A stretch of DNA of 63,437 nucleotides from a virus (taxonomy: Duplodnaviria; Caudoviricetes), in IMG/VR virus record IMGVR_UViG_3300028925_005942, positions 1 through 63,437 of that record; one strand, 5' to 3'. The notes beneath the pieces were generated by a model that was not told the DNA's origin, did no database searches, and worked only from the letters and a program-made list of their open reading frames with translations. Positions 19,407 to 30,200 of the stretch are shown here, one piece after another (the stretch's first letter is position 1; every line of letters starts with the position of its first letter). The position numbers and the translations under genes were made by a program.

Positions 19407-21440
19407 ATGAGCGAAAAGAAAATACAAGGTATAAATATTAGCGTTCCAAAGAAACCAAAACTGAAAGACATAGATGGTTTTAATAGAAGTAAAAAGAATC
19501 AGAAGTGGAAAAGAAATCCAATCCCAGATAATTGGGAAACCTTATCAGCAGCGAAACAGGATAAGTTTATAGAGTTGGAATTCGAGAGAAGGCAGAATGG
19601 TTATTGGTTTATGAATAACGGAGATGCGACATACATAACAGGTGCGCATTATTATTATATGAACTGGTGTAACATTGATATAGGTTATCCAGACTACTGG
19701 GATAGAGATAGAAGATTCTTTATAGTTTGGGATGCAGTAAGAAAGGATGGAGATTGTTTTGGATTAATAATGCCTAAGCACAGAAGACAAGGTGCATCGT
19801 GGAAGGCAGCAGCAATAGTACTACATGATATATCGTTATCATACAATGCTAGTGGTGGAATGTTATCTAAGACAGGTTCGGATGCAAAGAAGCTCTTTGA
19901 CAAGGTTGTTTATATTTTTAGAAAGTTACCTGATTTCTTTCAGCCAATTATTGAAGGTACAGACTCACCGAAGACTGTGCTATCTTTTAAGAAGCCTGGA
20001 GAAAGGATAACTAAAAATAATACCAAGGTAAAGGCCTCGGAAGCTTTAGAGTCTCAGATTGATTGGAGGAATACGAAAAACAATTCCTATGATGGTGAGA
20101 AGTTAAAGACTTTCATATCCGATGAGGGAGGTAAGTGGTTGGAAGCAGATGTATCTAAGAATTGGCAGATTGTGAAGCCAGCCTTATCTCAAGGGAGAAA
20201 GATAATAGGTAAAGCATTTTTACCGTCAACTGTGAATGAGATGAAAGAAGGGGGAGCAGCGTTTAAAGATATTTGGGATGATTCAGACCAAGAGGACATA
20301 GTACTAGGTACTAAAAGAACTCGTTCAGGATTGTTTAGATACTTTACTCCAGCGTATGACGGATTTGAAGGATTCATTGATGAATTTGGAATGTCAGTTG
20401 TAGGAGCTCCAAAGAAAGGAACAAAAGATAAGTATGGAGACTTAATAGATATGGGCTCCAAAGAATACCTATCCAAGATACGAGAAGGATTTAAAAATGA
20501 TACAAATAAGTTAGCGGAACACAAGAGACAATTCCCTTGGACTCCAGAGGAAGCGTTTAGGGTTAATACAGATACATGCTTATTTGATTCAGAAAGAATA
20601 TACCAACAAATAGATTACATCGAAGGAACTGGTGGGGCTATGGTAACGAAAGGAGATTTTAGATGGAAAGACGGAGAGAGAGACTCAAAGGTAGTATGGA
20701 CACCATCAGCAAAAGGAAAGTGGAGTGTTGTTTCTCTGCCTGAAGAAGAAAAGACAAATATAAAGATAAAGAAACATAACGGATGGAGTGCTGGTAATGA
20801 AATGGAATATGTGTCAGGTTGTGACCCGTTTGACCATGATGTTACAACAGACGGTAGAAGGTCGGATGCAGCTGCATATATGTTTAGAAAGTTTACCGCT
20901 CATGACCAGGATAACTCTCATATGTTTGTTGCACAATATATACATAGACCTCCTAAAGCAGAGATGTTTTTTGAAGACATGCTTATGATGTCGATATACT
21001 ATGGAGCTCCGATGTTAGTAGAGAATAACAAGATAGGATTGATACAGTATTTTAAAAGAAGAGGGTATGAAGGATTCTTAATGGCTAGACCTGAATCTAC
21101 ACATACTAAGTTTAGTAGGAAGCAAACAGAGTTTGGAATACCAGCTACAGGTTCAGCAGTAGCAAATGCGATAGTAGATTCCATACAGGCTTACGTATAT
21201 GATTACGTAGGAGTGAATGAGGAAACTGGAGAAGTAGGTAGAGTATTCTTTTATGAACTGTTAAAGGATTGGTTAGGGTTTGATGTAAATAATAGAACTA
21301 AGTTTGATGCGAGTATGGCGAGTGGATTTACTTTGTTAGCATCTCAGAAGCATGTTAAACCGAAAGTAGAAATAAAAAGGACTGCACCTTTTGTGCATAG
21401 ATATAGTAATAATGGTAGGCTATCAAAAAGAATACGATAA
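19407..21440 (+). CDS. terL: terminase large subunit
   Basis: KHRRQGAS Walker A variant, ISDEGGK Walker B, PSTVN, QFPWTPEEAF, GCDPFD nuclease motif, LVENNK, FDASMA. Confidence 0.92.
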   Translation: MSEKKIQGINISVPKKPKLKDIDGFNRSKKNQKWKRNPIPDNWETLSAAKQDKFIELEFERRQNGYWFMNNGDATYITGAHYYYMNWCNIDIGYPDYWDRDRRFFIVWDAVRKDGDCFGLIMPKHRRQGASWKAAAIVLHDISLSYNASGGMLSKTGSDAKKLFDKVVYIFRKLPDFFQPIIEGTDSPKTVLSFKKPGERITKNNTKVKASEALESQIDWRNTKNNSYDGEKLKTFISDEGGKWLEADVSKNWQIVKPALSQGRKIIGKAFLPSTVNEMKEGGAAFKDIWDDSDQEDIVLGTKRTRSGLFRYFTPAYDGFEGFIDEFGMSVVGAPKKGTKDKYGDLIDMGSKEYLSKIREGFKNDTNKLAEHKRQFPWTPEEAFRVNTDTCLFDSERIYQQIDYIEGTGGAMVTKGDFRWKDGERDSKVVWTPSAKGKWSVVSLPEEEKTNIKIKKHNGWSAGNEMEYVSGCDPFDHDVTTDGRRSDAAAYMFRKFTAHDQDNSHMFVAQYIHRPPKAEMFFEDMLMMSIYYGAPMLVENNKIGLIQYFKRRGYEGFLMARPESTHTKFSRKQTEFGIPATGSAVANAIVDSIQAYVYDYVGVNEETGEVGRVFFYELLKDWLGFDVNNRTKFDASMASGFTLLASQKHVKPKVEIKRTAPFVHRYSNNGRLSKRIR

Positions 21441-23725
21441 TGAGTAAAAAACAAATTGGAGGGTATCCAGACCCTCAAGCATCACGAGAAGAGAAGCTAG
21501 AAAATAGTTATGGAGTAGATTATTTTAAAAGAATGTATGGCGAATGGTCTAATGATGAATCAGGTGATGGTTCTCATTCTTCTAAAAACCAGAGATACAA
21601 TAAATGTAGAGAGTATTCCTCAGGAATGCAATCTGTAGAACCATATAAAGAATTGCTAGGAGCTACTGGTGACTCTTCATACTTAAATCTTAACTGGGAG
21701 ATAGTTCCTATCATACCTAAATTCGTTGATGTTATTGTAGGAGGACTTACTAATCAAGAGTATAAAATTAAATGTACTTCTATTGATAAGGTATCTCAAG
21801 ATAAACGCTCTGAAGATAAATTAAAGAAACTCACTAACATGGAGTTGAAGGGGTTTGCTAATGAGATTTCAGGAATGACAGGTATTCCTTTCGATAGAGG
21901 AGTTGAAGACTTGCCAGAAGATGACGCTGCACTTGACCTTTATATGCAATTAGAATACAAACAAGCTGTAGAAATTGCAATGGAAGAAGGTATTGAACTT
22001 GCTTTCTATTTGAATGATTGGGAGGAAATTAAAAAGAGAGTTACTAGAGATATTATTGATATTAATATGGGAGGAACGAAAACATCTGTAGAAGATGGTC
22101 AATTAAGAATAAGATATGTAGACCCTGCAAATCTTATTACATCACACTCTACAAGTCCTGACTTTAACAATATACAACATGCAGGAGAGATAACATACAT
22201 GACTATACAGGAGTTAAAAAAACTAGCAGGAGATACCTTTACTGAAGACGAGTACAATGAAATAGGTAGAAATAATCTTGGTAAGTTTGGTAATGCTAAG
22301 TCAGTAGGTAATAGTCAAGATATATACAATGGCTATGACACAGGCGTATACGATACATTTAAGATAGCAGTATTGGATGGTGTATTTAAGTCTACTGATG
22401 CATTACACTACGAAAAGAAGTCTAATAAATTCGGAGGGTATTCTATTAATAAAAAGAAAACTGGATACAAAGCTCCAAAGAAACCTACATATAAAAGAGA
22501 GCAGATTAAAACTCATGTAGAGAATATATATAAGGGGAGTTGGATTATAGGTACTAACTCTATATATGATTACGGACTAGCAACAAATATACTAAGACCT
22601 AAGTCTAATCTTTCTAGAGTTATACTACCTTACTCTTTATATTCTCCTAATATGAGAAACATGAATAGCAAGGGATTGGTAGAAAGAATGATTCCTTTTG
22701 CTGACCAGATACAACTGTGTCATCTTAAGCTACAACACTTAATGGCTAAATCTAAACCAAAAGGAGCTGCCATTGAATTAGGGGCTATTGAAAATGTAGG
22801 TAAGGGAGATGGAGGTACATTTACTCCTATCGAAGTTCAAGACATCTATCAACAAACAGGTAATCTTTACTATAGAGCTCAATCAGATGATGGGGCTCCA
22901 ACTCAAGTTAATCCAATACAGGAGCTAGGAGGAGGTATAGGAGGTGCTTTACAAGAAATCATTGCTATATACCAATACAACATGCAGATGATAAGAGATG
23001 TTACTGGTATCAATGAAGTGAGAGATGCATCACAACCAGATAAAGAATCTTTAGTAGGTGTTAATAAGATGGCTTTACTTGCATCTAACAATGCAACGAG
23101 ATGGATTAATCAAGCTGTACTATCTATTACTCAGGGAACAGCAACTAGTATTGCCCTAAGAGTTAGTGACTTAGTTAAATACAAAGGAACGTATAAAGGA
23201 TATGTAAGAGCTATTGGTGAATTTAATATGAAGACTATTGAAGTAAGTAAAGATGTTACTATGGCTGACTATGGTATTATGATTGAACCATTACCAGACG
23301 AGGAAGAGAGAGCATTACTAGAAGGTAATATTCAAATGTCTATTCAGCAAGGAGCACTTAGATTAGAAGATGCTATTCTAGTTAGAGGTATTAAAAATAC
23401 TAAACTAGCAAATCAAATGTTAATACTTAGGAGAAAGAAGTACGCTACAGAACAGACTGAAACAGCTAATGCTAATGCTCAAGCTAATGCTCAACAGCAA
23501 CAGCAATCAATAGCAGCTAAGTCTGAATCTGATTCTCAATTAAAGCAAATGGATGCTCAAATTGATATGCAGAGAATGGAAGCTGAATATGAAATGAAAG
23601 AAAGATTTGCTCAAGCAGAGCACGAAAGAAAATTAAAAGAATTAGAATATGGTGGTTCAATAAAATCAGACCACATTGAATTATCTCAGGATGATTCAGA
23701 CCTAGTAAGAAATAGTGTTGCATAA
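21440..23725 (+). CDS. portal protein
   Basis: 761 aa after TerL; LNWEIVPIIPKFVDVIV, IRDVTGINE, Q-rich C-terminal coil. Confidence 0.85.
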   Translation: MSKKQIGGYPDPQASREEKLENSYGVDYFKRMYGEWSNDESGDGSHSSKNQRYNKCREYSSGMQSVEPYKELLGATGDSSYLNLNWEIVPIIPKFVDVIVGGLTNQEYKIKCTSIDKVSQDKRSEDKLKKLTNMELKGFANEISGMTGIPFDRGVEDLPEDDAALDLYMQLEYKQAVEIAMEEGIELAFYLNDWEEIKKRVTRDIIDINMGGTKTSVEDGQLRIRYVDPANLITSHSTSPDFNNIQHAGEITYMTIQELKKLAGDTFTEDEYNEIGRNNLGKFGNAKSVGNSQDIYNGYDTGVYDTFKIAVLDGVFKSTDALHYEKKSNKFGGYSINKKKTGYKAPKKPTYKREQIKTHVENIYKGSWIIGTNSIYDYGLATNILRPKSNLSRVILPYSLYSPNMRNMNSKGLVERMIPFADQIQLCHLKLQHLMAKSKPKGAAIELGAIENVGKGDGGTFTPIEVQDIYQQTGNLYYRAQSDDGAPTQVNPIQELGGGIGGALQEIIAIYQYNMQMIRDVTGINEVRDASQPDKESLVGVNKMALLASNNATRWINQAVLSITQGTATSIALRVSDLVKYKGTYKGYVRAIGEFNMKTIEVSKDVTMADYGIMIEPLPDEEERALLEGNIQMSIQQGALRLEDAILVRGIKNTKLANQMLILRRKKYATEQTETANANAQANAQQQQQSIAAKSESDSQLKQMDAQIDMQRMEAEYEMKERFAQAEHERKLKELEYGGSIKSDHIELSQDDSDLVRNSVA

Positions 23726-23795
23726 AATATGTAGGTATTCTAAATATTTTTTACTATATTTGTATTAATTAAACTTAAAATTAAATTTAAACACA

Positions 23796-24860
23796 ATGTC
23801 AAATAACAGATTTGAAGAGTTAGCTGCAAAAAGCATGGGGATGGATATCGCAGAAGAAGTAGCTCAGGAGGAGACTCCTACACAAGAAACCCAAACAGTT
23901 GAAACAACTACGGAAGAAGTTCCAGAAGTGAATGCAACTGAAGATAGTTCTTTGAAAGAAGATATTACTAATGAAACAGGTGACGAATCAAGTCCTGCTC
24001 CAGAAGTTAGTTTTGAATCCCTATTAGGCGAAAAGTCAGAAGGGAAATACGAAACTTATGAGCAGATTGAAGAAGCGCTTAATTCAGCTAAAGGCAGTTC
24101 AGTAAGTTTTGCTAACGAACAGATAGAAAAACTAAATGAGTATGTTGCTAAAGGCGGGAATGTTTCTGAGTATCTAAGGACTCAAACGGCTAACTATGAA
24201 GAGATGGATGAATCAAGTGTTGTCAAGGCATCAATGAGGTTTAATAACCCCGACCTAGATAATGAAGATATTGATTTATTATTTCAAGATAAGTACAAGC
24301 TAGATGAGGACGAATATACGGATAGTGAAATTAGATTGTCTAAGATTAAATTAAAGCAAGCGTCAAAAATTGCTAAATCTGAACTTATGAAATTTCAAAA
24401 AGAAAACGCAACTCCACAAAATTTTCAAGATGCCGAAGCCGATAAGGTTAAGCTAGAGAATGATGCCAGACAATGGTCTGCAAAGGTTGATGATTCTATT
24501 AAGGAATTTAAAAGTGTTGACTTTGAGATTAACAATAAAGGAGAAACATTTTCTTTTGAGTTAAATGAAAAGGCATTAGATACTGTTTCGCACTCCACCA
24601 AGAATTTAGGCGAATTCTGGAATAGGTATGTTAACGAGGATGGAAGTGAAAATATCACTAAACTAGCTCGTGACATGGCATCTCTAGATAATTTAGATTC
24701 TATCGTTAGGAATGCTTATGCTCAAGGAGCTTCAGGAGGGAAAGAAGATGTCATTAAAGATATCACAAATCCATCTTACAGCCCTGAGAACAGAGGTGAT
24801 TCTGACAAACCTCTTTCTATGGATGCGCAAATTGCTGCTGAACTTAGAAAGAATATGTAA
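23796..24860 (+). CDS. putative capsid scaffolding protein
   Basis: Acidic helical protein between portal and MCP. Confidence 0.6.
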   Translation: MSNNRFEELAAKSMGMDIAEEVAQEETPTQETQTVETTTEEVPEVNATEDSSLKEDITNETGDESSPAPEVSFESLLGEKSEGKYETYEQIEEALNSAKGSSVSFANEQIEKLNEYVAKGGNVSEYLRTQTANYEEMDESSVVKASMRFNNPDLDNEDIDLLFQDKYKLDEDEYTDSEIRLSKIKLKQASKIAKSELMKFQKENATPQNFQDAEADKVKLENDARQWSAKVDDSIKEFKSVDFEINNKGETFSFELNEKALDTVSHSTKNLGEFWNRYVNEDGSENITKLARDMASLDNLDSIVRNAYAQGASGGKEDVIKDITNPSYSPENRGDSDKPLSMDAQIAAELRKNM

Positions 24861-24887
24861 TAATATTAATGCTAAAAAAATAAAAAA

Positions 24888-26255
24888 ATGGCTTATACTA
24901 CAACTCCTGGAATTCCAAGTGCTTTTCAGGTCGCTTCAAGCGAAAATTATGTATCTACACTAAACATTCACCAACCAGAGGTTGCTGAGGATTTCGTGCA
25001 AAGATATGGAGACCAATCTTTAATGGGTTTCTTAGATGCTGTCGGGGCAATGTCTCCAGTTTCACAAAGAAAATTCGAACATTATGAGGATGATTTCTTA
25101 CACCAAAACTTTACTGCTGCCGCTGTAACAATTGCTGCTGCTGGTACTTCAATTACAATGGCTGCTGCTTTTTCATCTACTGGTATTGCGGCTGGTTCAT
25201 ATTTCTTAAGACTTGGGGATATCGTTCAGAACAAATTCGGAGAGATTGCATTATGTACTGTTCGTAGTGCAACTAACGGAACTGCAACATTAGTTCCTTA
25301 TAAGAATGCTGCATGGACTGCAATGGCTGCTGCTGATGTTTATATCATTATCGGTAATGAGCACGAAGAAGGTACTGGTCAACCAGCTGGAATTACTCCA
25401 ACTGCTAACCACTACGAGAACTATACAATGATTATGAAAGACTCTTTCCAAGTTACTGGTTCAGAGGCTACTAATAAAGTATGGTTCAAAGTAAATGATG
25501 CTGCTACTGGTAAATCTGGTTACTTATGGTACTTAAAAGGTGAAGGAGATACTTACAAGCGTTTTAACAACTACTGTGAGACTCAAATGCTTTTAGGTCA
25601 AGTTGCTACAAATACTGTATTACCAGGAACAATTGGTTCAGGAGGTATTTCAGGGACTGAAGGTCTTGTTGACTTCATGAGAAGTGGAAATGTTCAGACT
25701 TATACTGCTGGTACATTTGGTCTTACTCAGTTTGACGCAATGATTAAGAAGTTAGATGCTGCAAAAGGAGCTAAAGAAAATACTATCTGGGCTGGTATTG
25801 ACTTGTCAATGGATATTGATGATTCAATCGCTATTATGGCTGGTATGGCTGCTGGAGGAATTCAGTATGGAGCTTTTAATGGAAACAAAGAATTAGCTGT
25901 TGCTTTTGGATTTAATTCTTTCACTAGAGGTGGTTACACTTTCCATAAGAAAATCTATGATGCTTTAAGTTACTCTCCAATGATGGGTGCTACTGGTTTT
26001 GATTATACTGGAATGGGATTAGTTATTCCTGGTGATTCTGGAAGAGATGCTAAAACTAGAGAAGCTATTCCTTCTTTAAGAGTTCGTTATAAAGAAGCTG
26101 GAGGTTACTCAAGAAAGATGGAGCACTGGTTAACAGGTTCTGCTGGATTAGCTAACCCTACTACTGACGTGGATGAGTTAAGATGTCACTACAGAACTGA
26201 AAGAGGTTTTGAAGGATTTGCAAACAATAGATTCGCACTAATTGAATTAGCGTAG
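24888..26255 (+). CDS. major capsid protein
   Basis: 455 aa, biased codon usage, YLWYLKGE and GFNSFTRGGYTF motifs, followed by a strong terminator. Confidence 0.85.
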   Translation: MAYTTTPGIPSAFQVASSENYVSTLNIHQPEVAEDFVQRYGDQSLMGFLDAVGAMSPVSQRKFEHYEDDFLHQNFTAAAVTIAAAGTSITMAAAFSSTGIAAGSYFLRLGDIVQNKFGEIALCTVRSATNGTATLVPYKNAAWTAMAAADVYIIIGNEHEEGTGQPAGITPTANHYENYTMIMKDSFQVTGSEATNKVWFKVNDAATGKSGYLWYLKGEGDTYKRFNNYCETQMLLGQVATNTVLPGTIGSGGISGTEGLVDFMRSGNVQTYTAGTFGLTQFDAMIKKLDAAKGAKENTIWAGIDLSMDIDDSIAIMAGMAAGGIQYGAFNGNKELAVAFGFNSFTRGGYTFHKKIYDALSYSPMMGATGFDYTGMGLVIPGDSGRDAKTREAIPSLRVRYKEAGGYSRKMEHWLTGSAGLANPTTDVDELRCHYRTERGFEGFANNRFALIELA

Positions 26256-26270
26256 TTTCTACACAATAAT

Positions 26271-26305
26271 AGAGAGGGAGGATTTGTCTCCTCCCTTTCT
26301 TTTTT
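26271..26305 (+). terminator. rho-independent terminator after MCP
   Basis: AGAGAGGGAGGA-loop-TCCTCCCTTTCT followed by a T-run. Confidence 0.8.
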
Positions 26306-26325
26306 ATTAATTAAATTTTAAAAAA

Positions 26326-27150
26326 ATGACAAACAAAAAAAGAAAGCCAGTTGTTTTTCAACTGACGAGAAGGAACGAAAGACCTTCTATTACAGGACAA
26401 AATTATCCTGTAAGTCATAGAATCCCATCTGAAGATGAGGTGTATGACGAAGAAACAGGAAGAAATAGAATGATTAGGTATGCGATTGGTGAACAATCTA
26501 TATACTTAGACGAACAAACATCTGACAATCCTGTATTAGGAGATATCGTTTTCGAAAATGGTATCTTAGTAGTACAATACCAACAAGTAACATTAAGAGA
26601 ATTTCTTCAAGCTTCTAATTGGAATAAATCAAATCCAGATAGAATGACTACTAAGCGTATTATTTATGATGCTTTAGATGGAGAGGTAGACGCTCAGAAG
26701 AATCTTGAAAATCTTGAGGTGGAATTCCATGCGATGGAGTTACTAATGGAGATGGATGCTCAAAAGATGATTGGGTACGCTAGAGCTCTTGGAGTTAATG
26801 TGGATAGAAGTATGTATGAGATTAAGCACGACATGATGGTTATGTCTAAAAATCAACCTCAACTATTCTTAGATGAAATTGCTAATCCAAAAACAGAAAG
26901 AATGCAGGTAATTTTAGAGGCTGAAGACGAAAGAGTCATTGTTGTTAACACAGCAAAGAGACAAGTATTCTGGGGATTCGGAGCTAAAGAAGTTATTACA
27001 ACAGTACCTGTCGGAATAGACCCTAAAGACCATTTTGTAGATTATACATTTGGAGAGGAAGGTCAAGAAGTATTTAAGAAAATAAAGAAAGTATTAGCTG
27101 GAGAAGTTGCACCAACTAAAGAAAAAGTAAAAGCTACAAGTAAAGCGTAG
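26326..27150 (+). CDS. conserved virion-associated protein downstream of MCP
   Basis: RMIRYAIGEQSIYLDEQ...IVFENGIL; position as in crAss-like head modules. Confidence 0.55.
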   Translation: MTNKKRKPVVFQLTRRNERPSITGQNYPVSHRIPSEDEVYDEETGRNRMIRYAIGEQSIYLDEQTSDNPVLGDIVFENGILVVQYQQVTLREFLQASNWNKSNPDRMTTKRIIYDALDGEVDAQKNLENLEVEFHAMELLMEMDAQKMIGYARALGVNVDRSMYEIKHDMMVMSKNQPQLFLDEIANPKTERMQVILEAEDERVIVVNTAKRQVFWGFGAKEVITTVPVGIDPKDHFVDYTFGEEGQEVFKKIKKVLAGEVAPTKEKVKATSKA

Positions 27151-27177
27151 TAATATCTTATATTTTTAATTTGTTTT

Positions 27178-27210
27178 AGAGGGGGTATGTTTATTCATAT
27201 CCCCTTTTTT
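27178..27210 (+). terminator. rho-independent terminator
   Basis: AGGGGGTATG-loop-CATATCCCCT followed by a T-run. Confidence 0.75.
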
Positions 27211-27258
27211 ATATAGATAAATTTCACTATATTTGTATGATTAAAAATTATATAAATT

Positions 27259-30200
27259 ATGATTACTAGTTTAAAACTGGAAGAAGTACATATCCATGCC
27301 TATGATAATTCTTTTGCAACTGATGCTGAAATGCACGGGGGAATTGTGTTTAAATTTGATAATACTAATTATCAAAATAATGGCATTAGCATAACATTAG
27401 AAGATGCATCAGGAAATCTTGTGAGTGCAACGTCTATCTCTTCCTCTGTCACGGGAACTACATTTAATGCTTTCTTTGGTAAGCATAATACTTCTTCAAC
27501 GAATGACAGGCTTTTACCTGGGACTTATACGGCAATTTTTTCTAGTTCAGTAGAATCGACAAGTATGACACATAGATTCTACATTCCTAATAAGACTCAA
27601 TTAGCTGATACATACTACGGGGTTGGTAACGCTTCTATAAAATATATAATAGGTTATGACGCTGTAAATACAACTTGTACAGCGGAAGTTGTATTCCCTA
27701 CAAGTACAGGTATAACTTGGGTTTATGATACGTGGGAAGTTAAGGATGCTGATACTGGATTAATTAGTGCTCCTTCACCTATTGCTGGTTCTGGTGGGGT
27801 AGGTTCAAATACACCATGGTTTCCTATAGAAACTGTTACAACTATAACAGACACTAAATGGGAGGTTCAGAGATTTAGCAATGTTACTGGTAATCCAGCT
27901 CTTGATAATGTATTTGTTTATCAAGATTTTGGATGGGAAGATATATTTGACGCTACAACATGTGGTCTTCCTGTTGTGTGCAGTGAACCTCAGTTTACAA
28001 TATTAAGTACTGGAGATGTTTCTGCCGCAAATGCTAGTGATGGAACGGCTAATATACAAGCAACTTATGCGCAACCAGTTACTTCAACTAATCTTCTATT
28101 CACAGTTACAGGTACGGCTGGAAATGCTTTAAGTCAAAATTATTCTTCTACTTTTCTTGTGTCAGGAACATCTCCTAATTTTCCTATTGAGTATTTAACA
28201 GGATTATACGAAGGAACATATCTAGTTACATGTATAGATGAGAACGGATGTCATACCTCTAGTTCTTTTACAATAGTTGCTATGCCTGTATGGGCATGTA
28301 CAATAAATATGTATCCAATGGAAGCTCCTGGATGTGATTCTACAATGCTTATCGTTGACATCAATACTCACTACGCAGGAACATCTACTTATGAGGTTAT
28401 ATGGACTAACGATGCAGGAACTGTACTTCAAAGTAATGTATATCCTGGTCAACCAGCAAATAATTCTGATTTCTATACAACATTCGTTACTGGAAACTTT
28501 ACTGTGACTGTTAATTTACTTGATTCTCCTTGTATAGGAGTTACTGAAACTTATACTTTTATGCATCCAGTTATCCCTTCTTTTTCTGGAAATCTTATTA
28601 AGACAGATGAAACTATAGCGGGGGCTAATGACGGTACGGCAGAAGTAATAGCTGCACCATCTGGAACAACCTATTTATGGTCTAATGGGGAGACTACATC
28701 GGCAATAACAAATTTAGGCCCTGGGTTATATTCAGTAGCATGTACATGGGGAGGAGGAAAATGTACTGAAGGGTGGTCATTCGAGATTTTAGAGGGAAAA
28801 GCTTATCCAGATGTAGATAATTTAGATATTTGCCTAAATCTAAATACAGGGATGTTTGAATTCACAGATAATAATCATTATATTAGTAATGTACCTGCTC
28901 CATACATAATCTCGATAAATATAGAGCATTCTAATGGAACTACTGCTTATTCAGGGGTATCAGATATAATTATAGATAATCTTGATGCTTCACTCAGAAC
29001 GTATGATTACACTAACCAGTTAGGAGAGAATTTTACTATACCTATTCCTCAGTATAGCGCAAATGATTATATTGATGATATTTATAAAATAACTTTTGAT
29101 TGGAATTTTGAAGGAACATCAATATCACAAGACTCTAAGGTTGTTTATCTTAACGCTTCAGACTTAGATTTATATAACGACTTAACGATAGATGCTACAT
29201 TAACATATAGTTGTGATGGAGATATTGAGAGTAATGATATGACTGACTATAATATATCTACCACTCCATATGCATTTACAAGAACGCATGAATTATTTTC
29301 TCAGTTATCTGCTGGGTCTGCATTAGTATCTACAAGTAATGCTTTTGTAGCTTATGATTTATATTCTGGAGGATGGAGTAATATGATTACTACAGATATA
29401 GTATGGACAGTACCTCCAATCATATCTTCTCCACATAGTTTCTCTGGAGTTTGTTTCAAAAAAACAATCACAGGGTCTGATACGGAATCAGTGAACTGTA
29501 ATATAGACCCATGCGTTATAAATCAATTCATGAAGAACATTAAGAAAAGATATGATGATTCTGTATGTGATAGAGATATAATAAATATAAAGAAAAATAA
29601 AGCTAAATATCAAAGAGCAATAGAGCTAATGGTATTATATAGTACTGGAGATGACTCTCAATGTGGAAGTGATTTTCAAGAGTTATGGGATATACTAGAA
29701 ATAGCTAACCTAGATGATATAACATCATTAAGCTGCTGTGGAGACCCTACGGTCAATAACTCTATGATTGCAGACGGCTCACCTTACTTTTCATCAATAT
29801 CTTGTGATACTGGAGGGGGAGGAACTTATGGGGACGGAGATTCAGGAGGTGGTGGCGGTGGTGGTGGTGGTGGCGGCGGCGGTGGTGGTGGTGGTGGTGG
29901 TGGAGCTTTATGCCCTTGTGATTCTGATACTCCAATGTGGGGTGACGCTGCTCAGATGGCAGGAGATTACGTTGTAGGAGAATCTGTTTGGATTCAAGCT
30001 ACTGATGTTTCAGGAACTATTATGGACTTATGCTTTGAATTATACGAAGTTCCAGGTGGAGGATTTAATACAAATGGCACTGAGGGGGAGAGTCCTTTTG
30101 ATGATGGAGGGGCTTATTGGAATTTCCAACCATGCGGATATAGCAATTCTCTAATATGGGGTTGTACTGACCTTACTTCAGATAACTACGACCCATTAGC

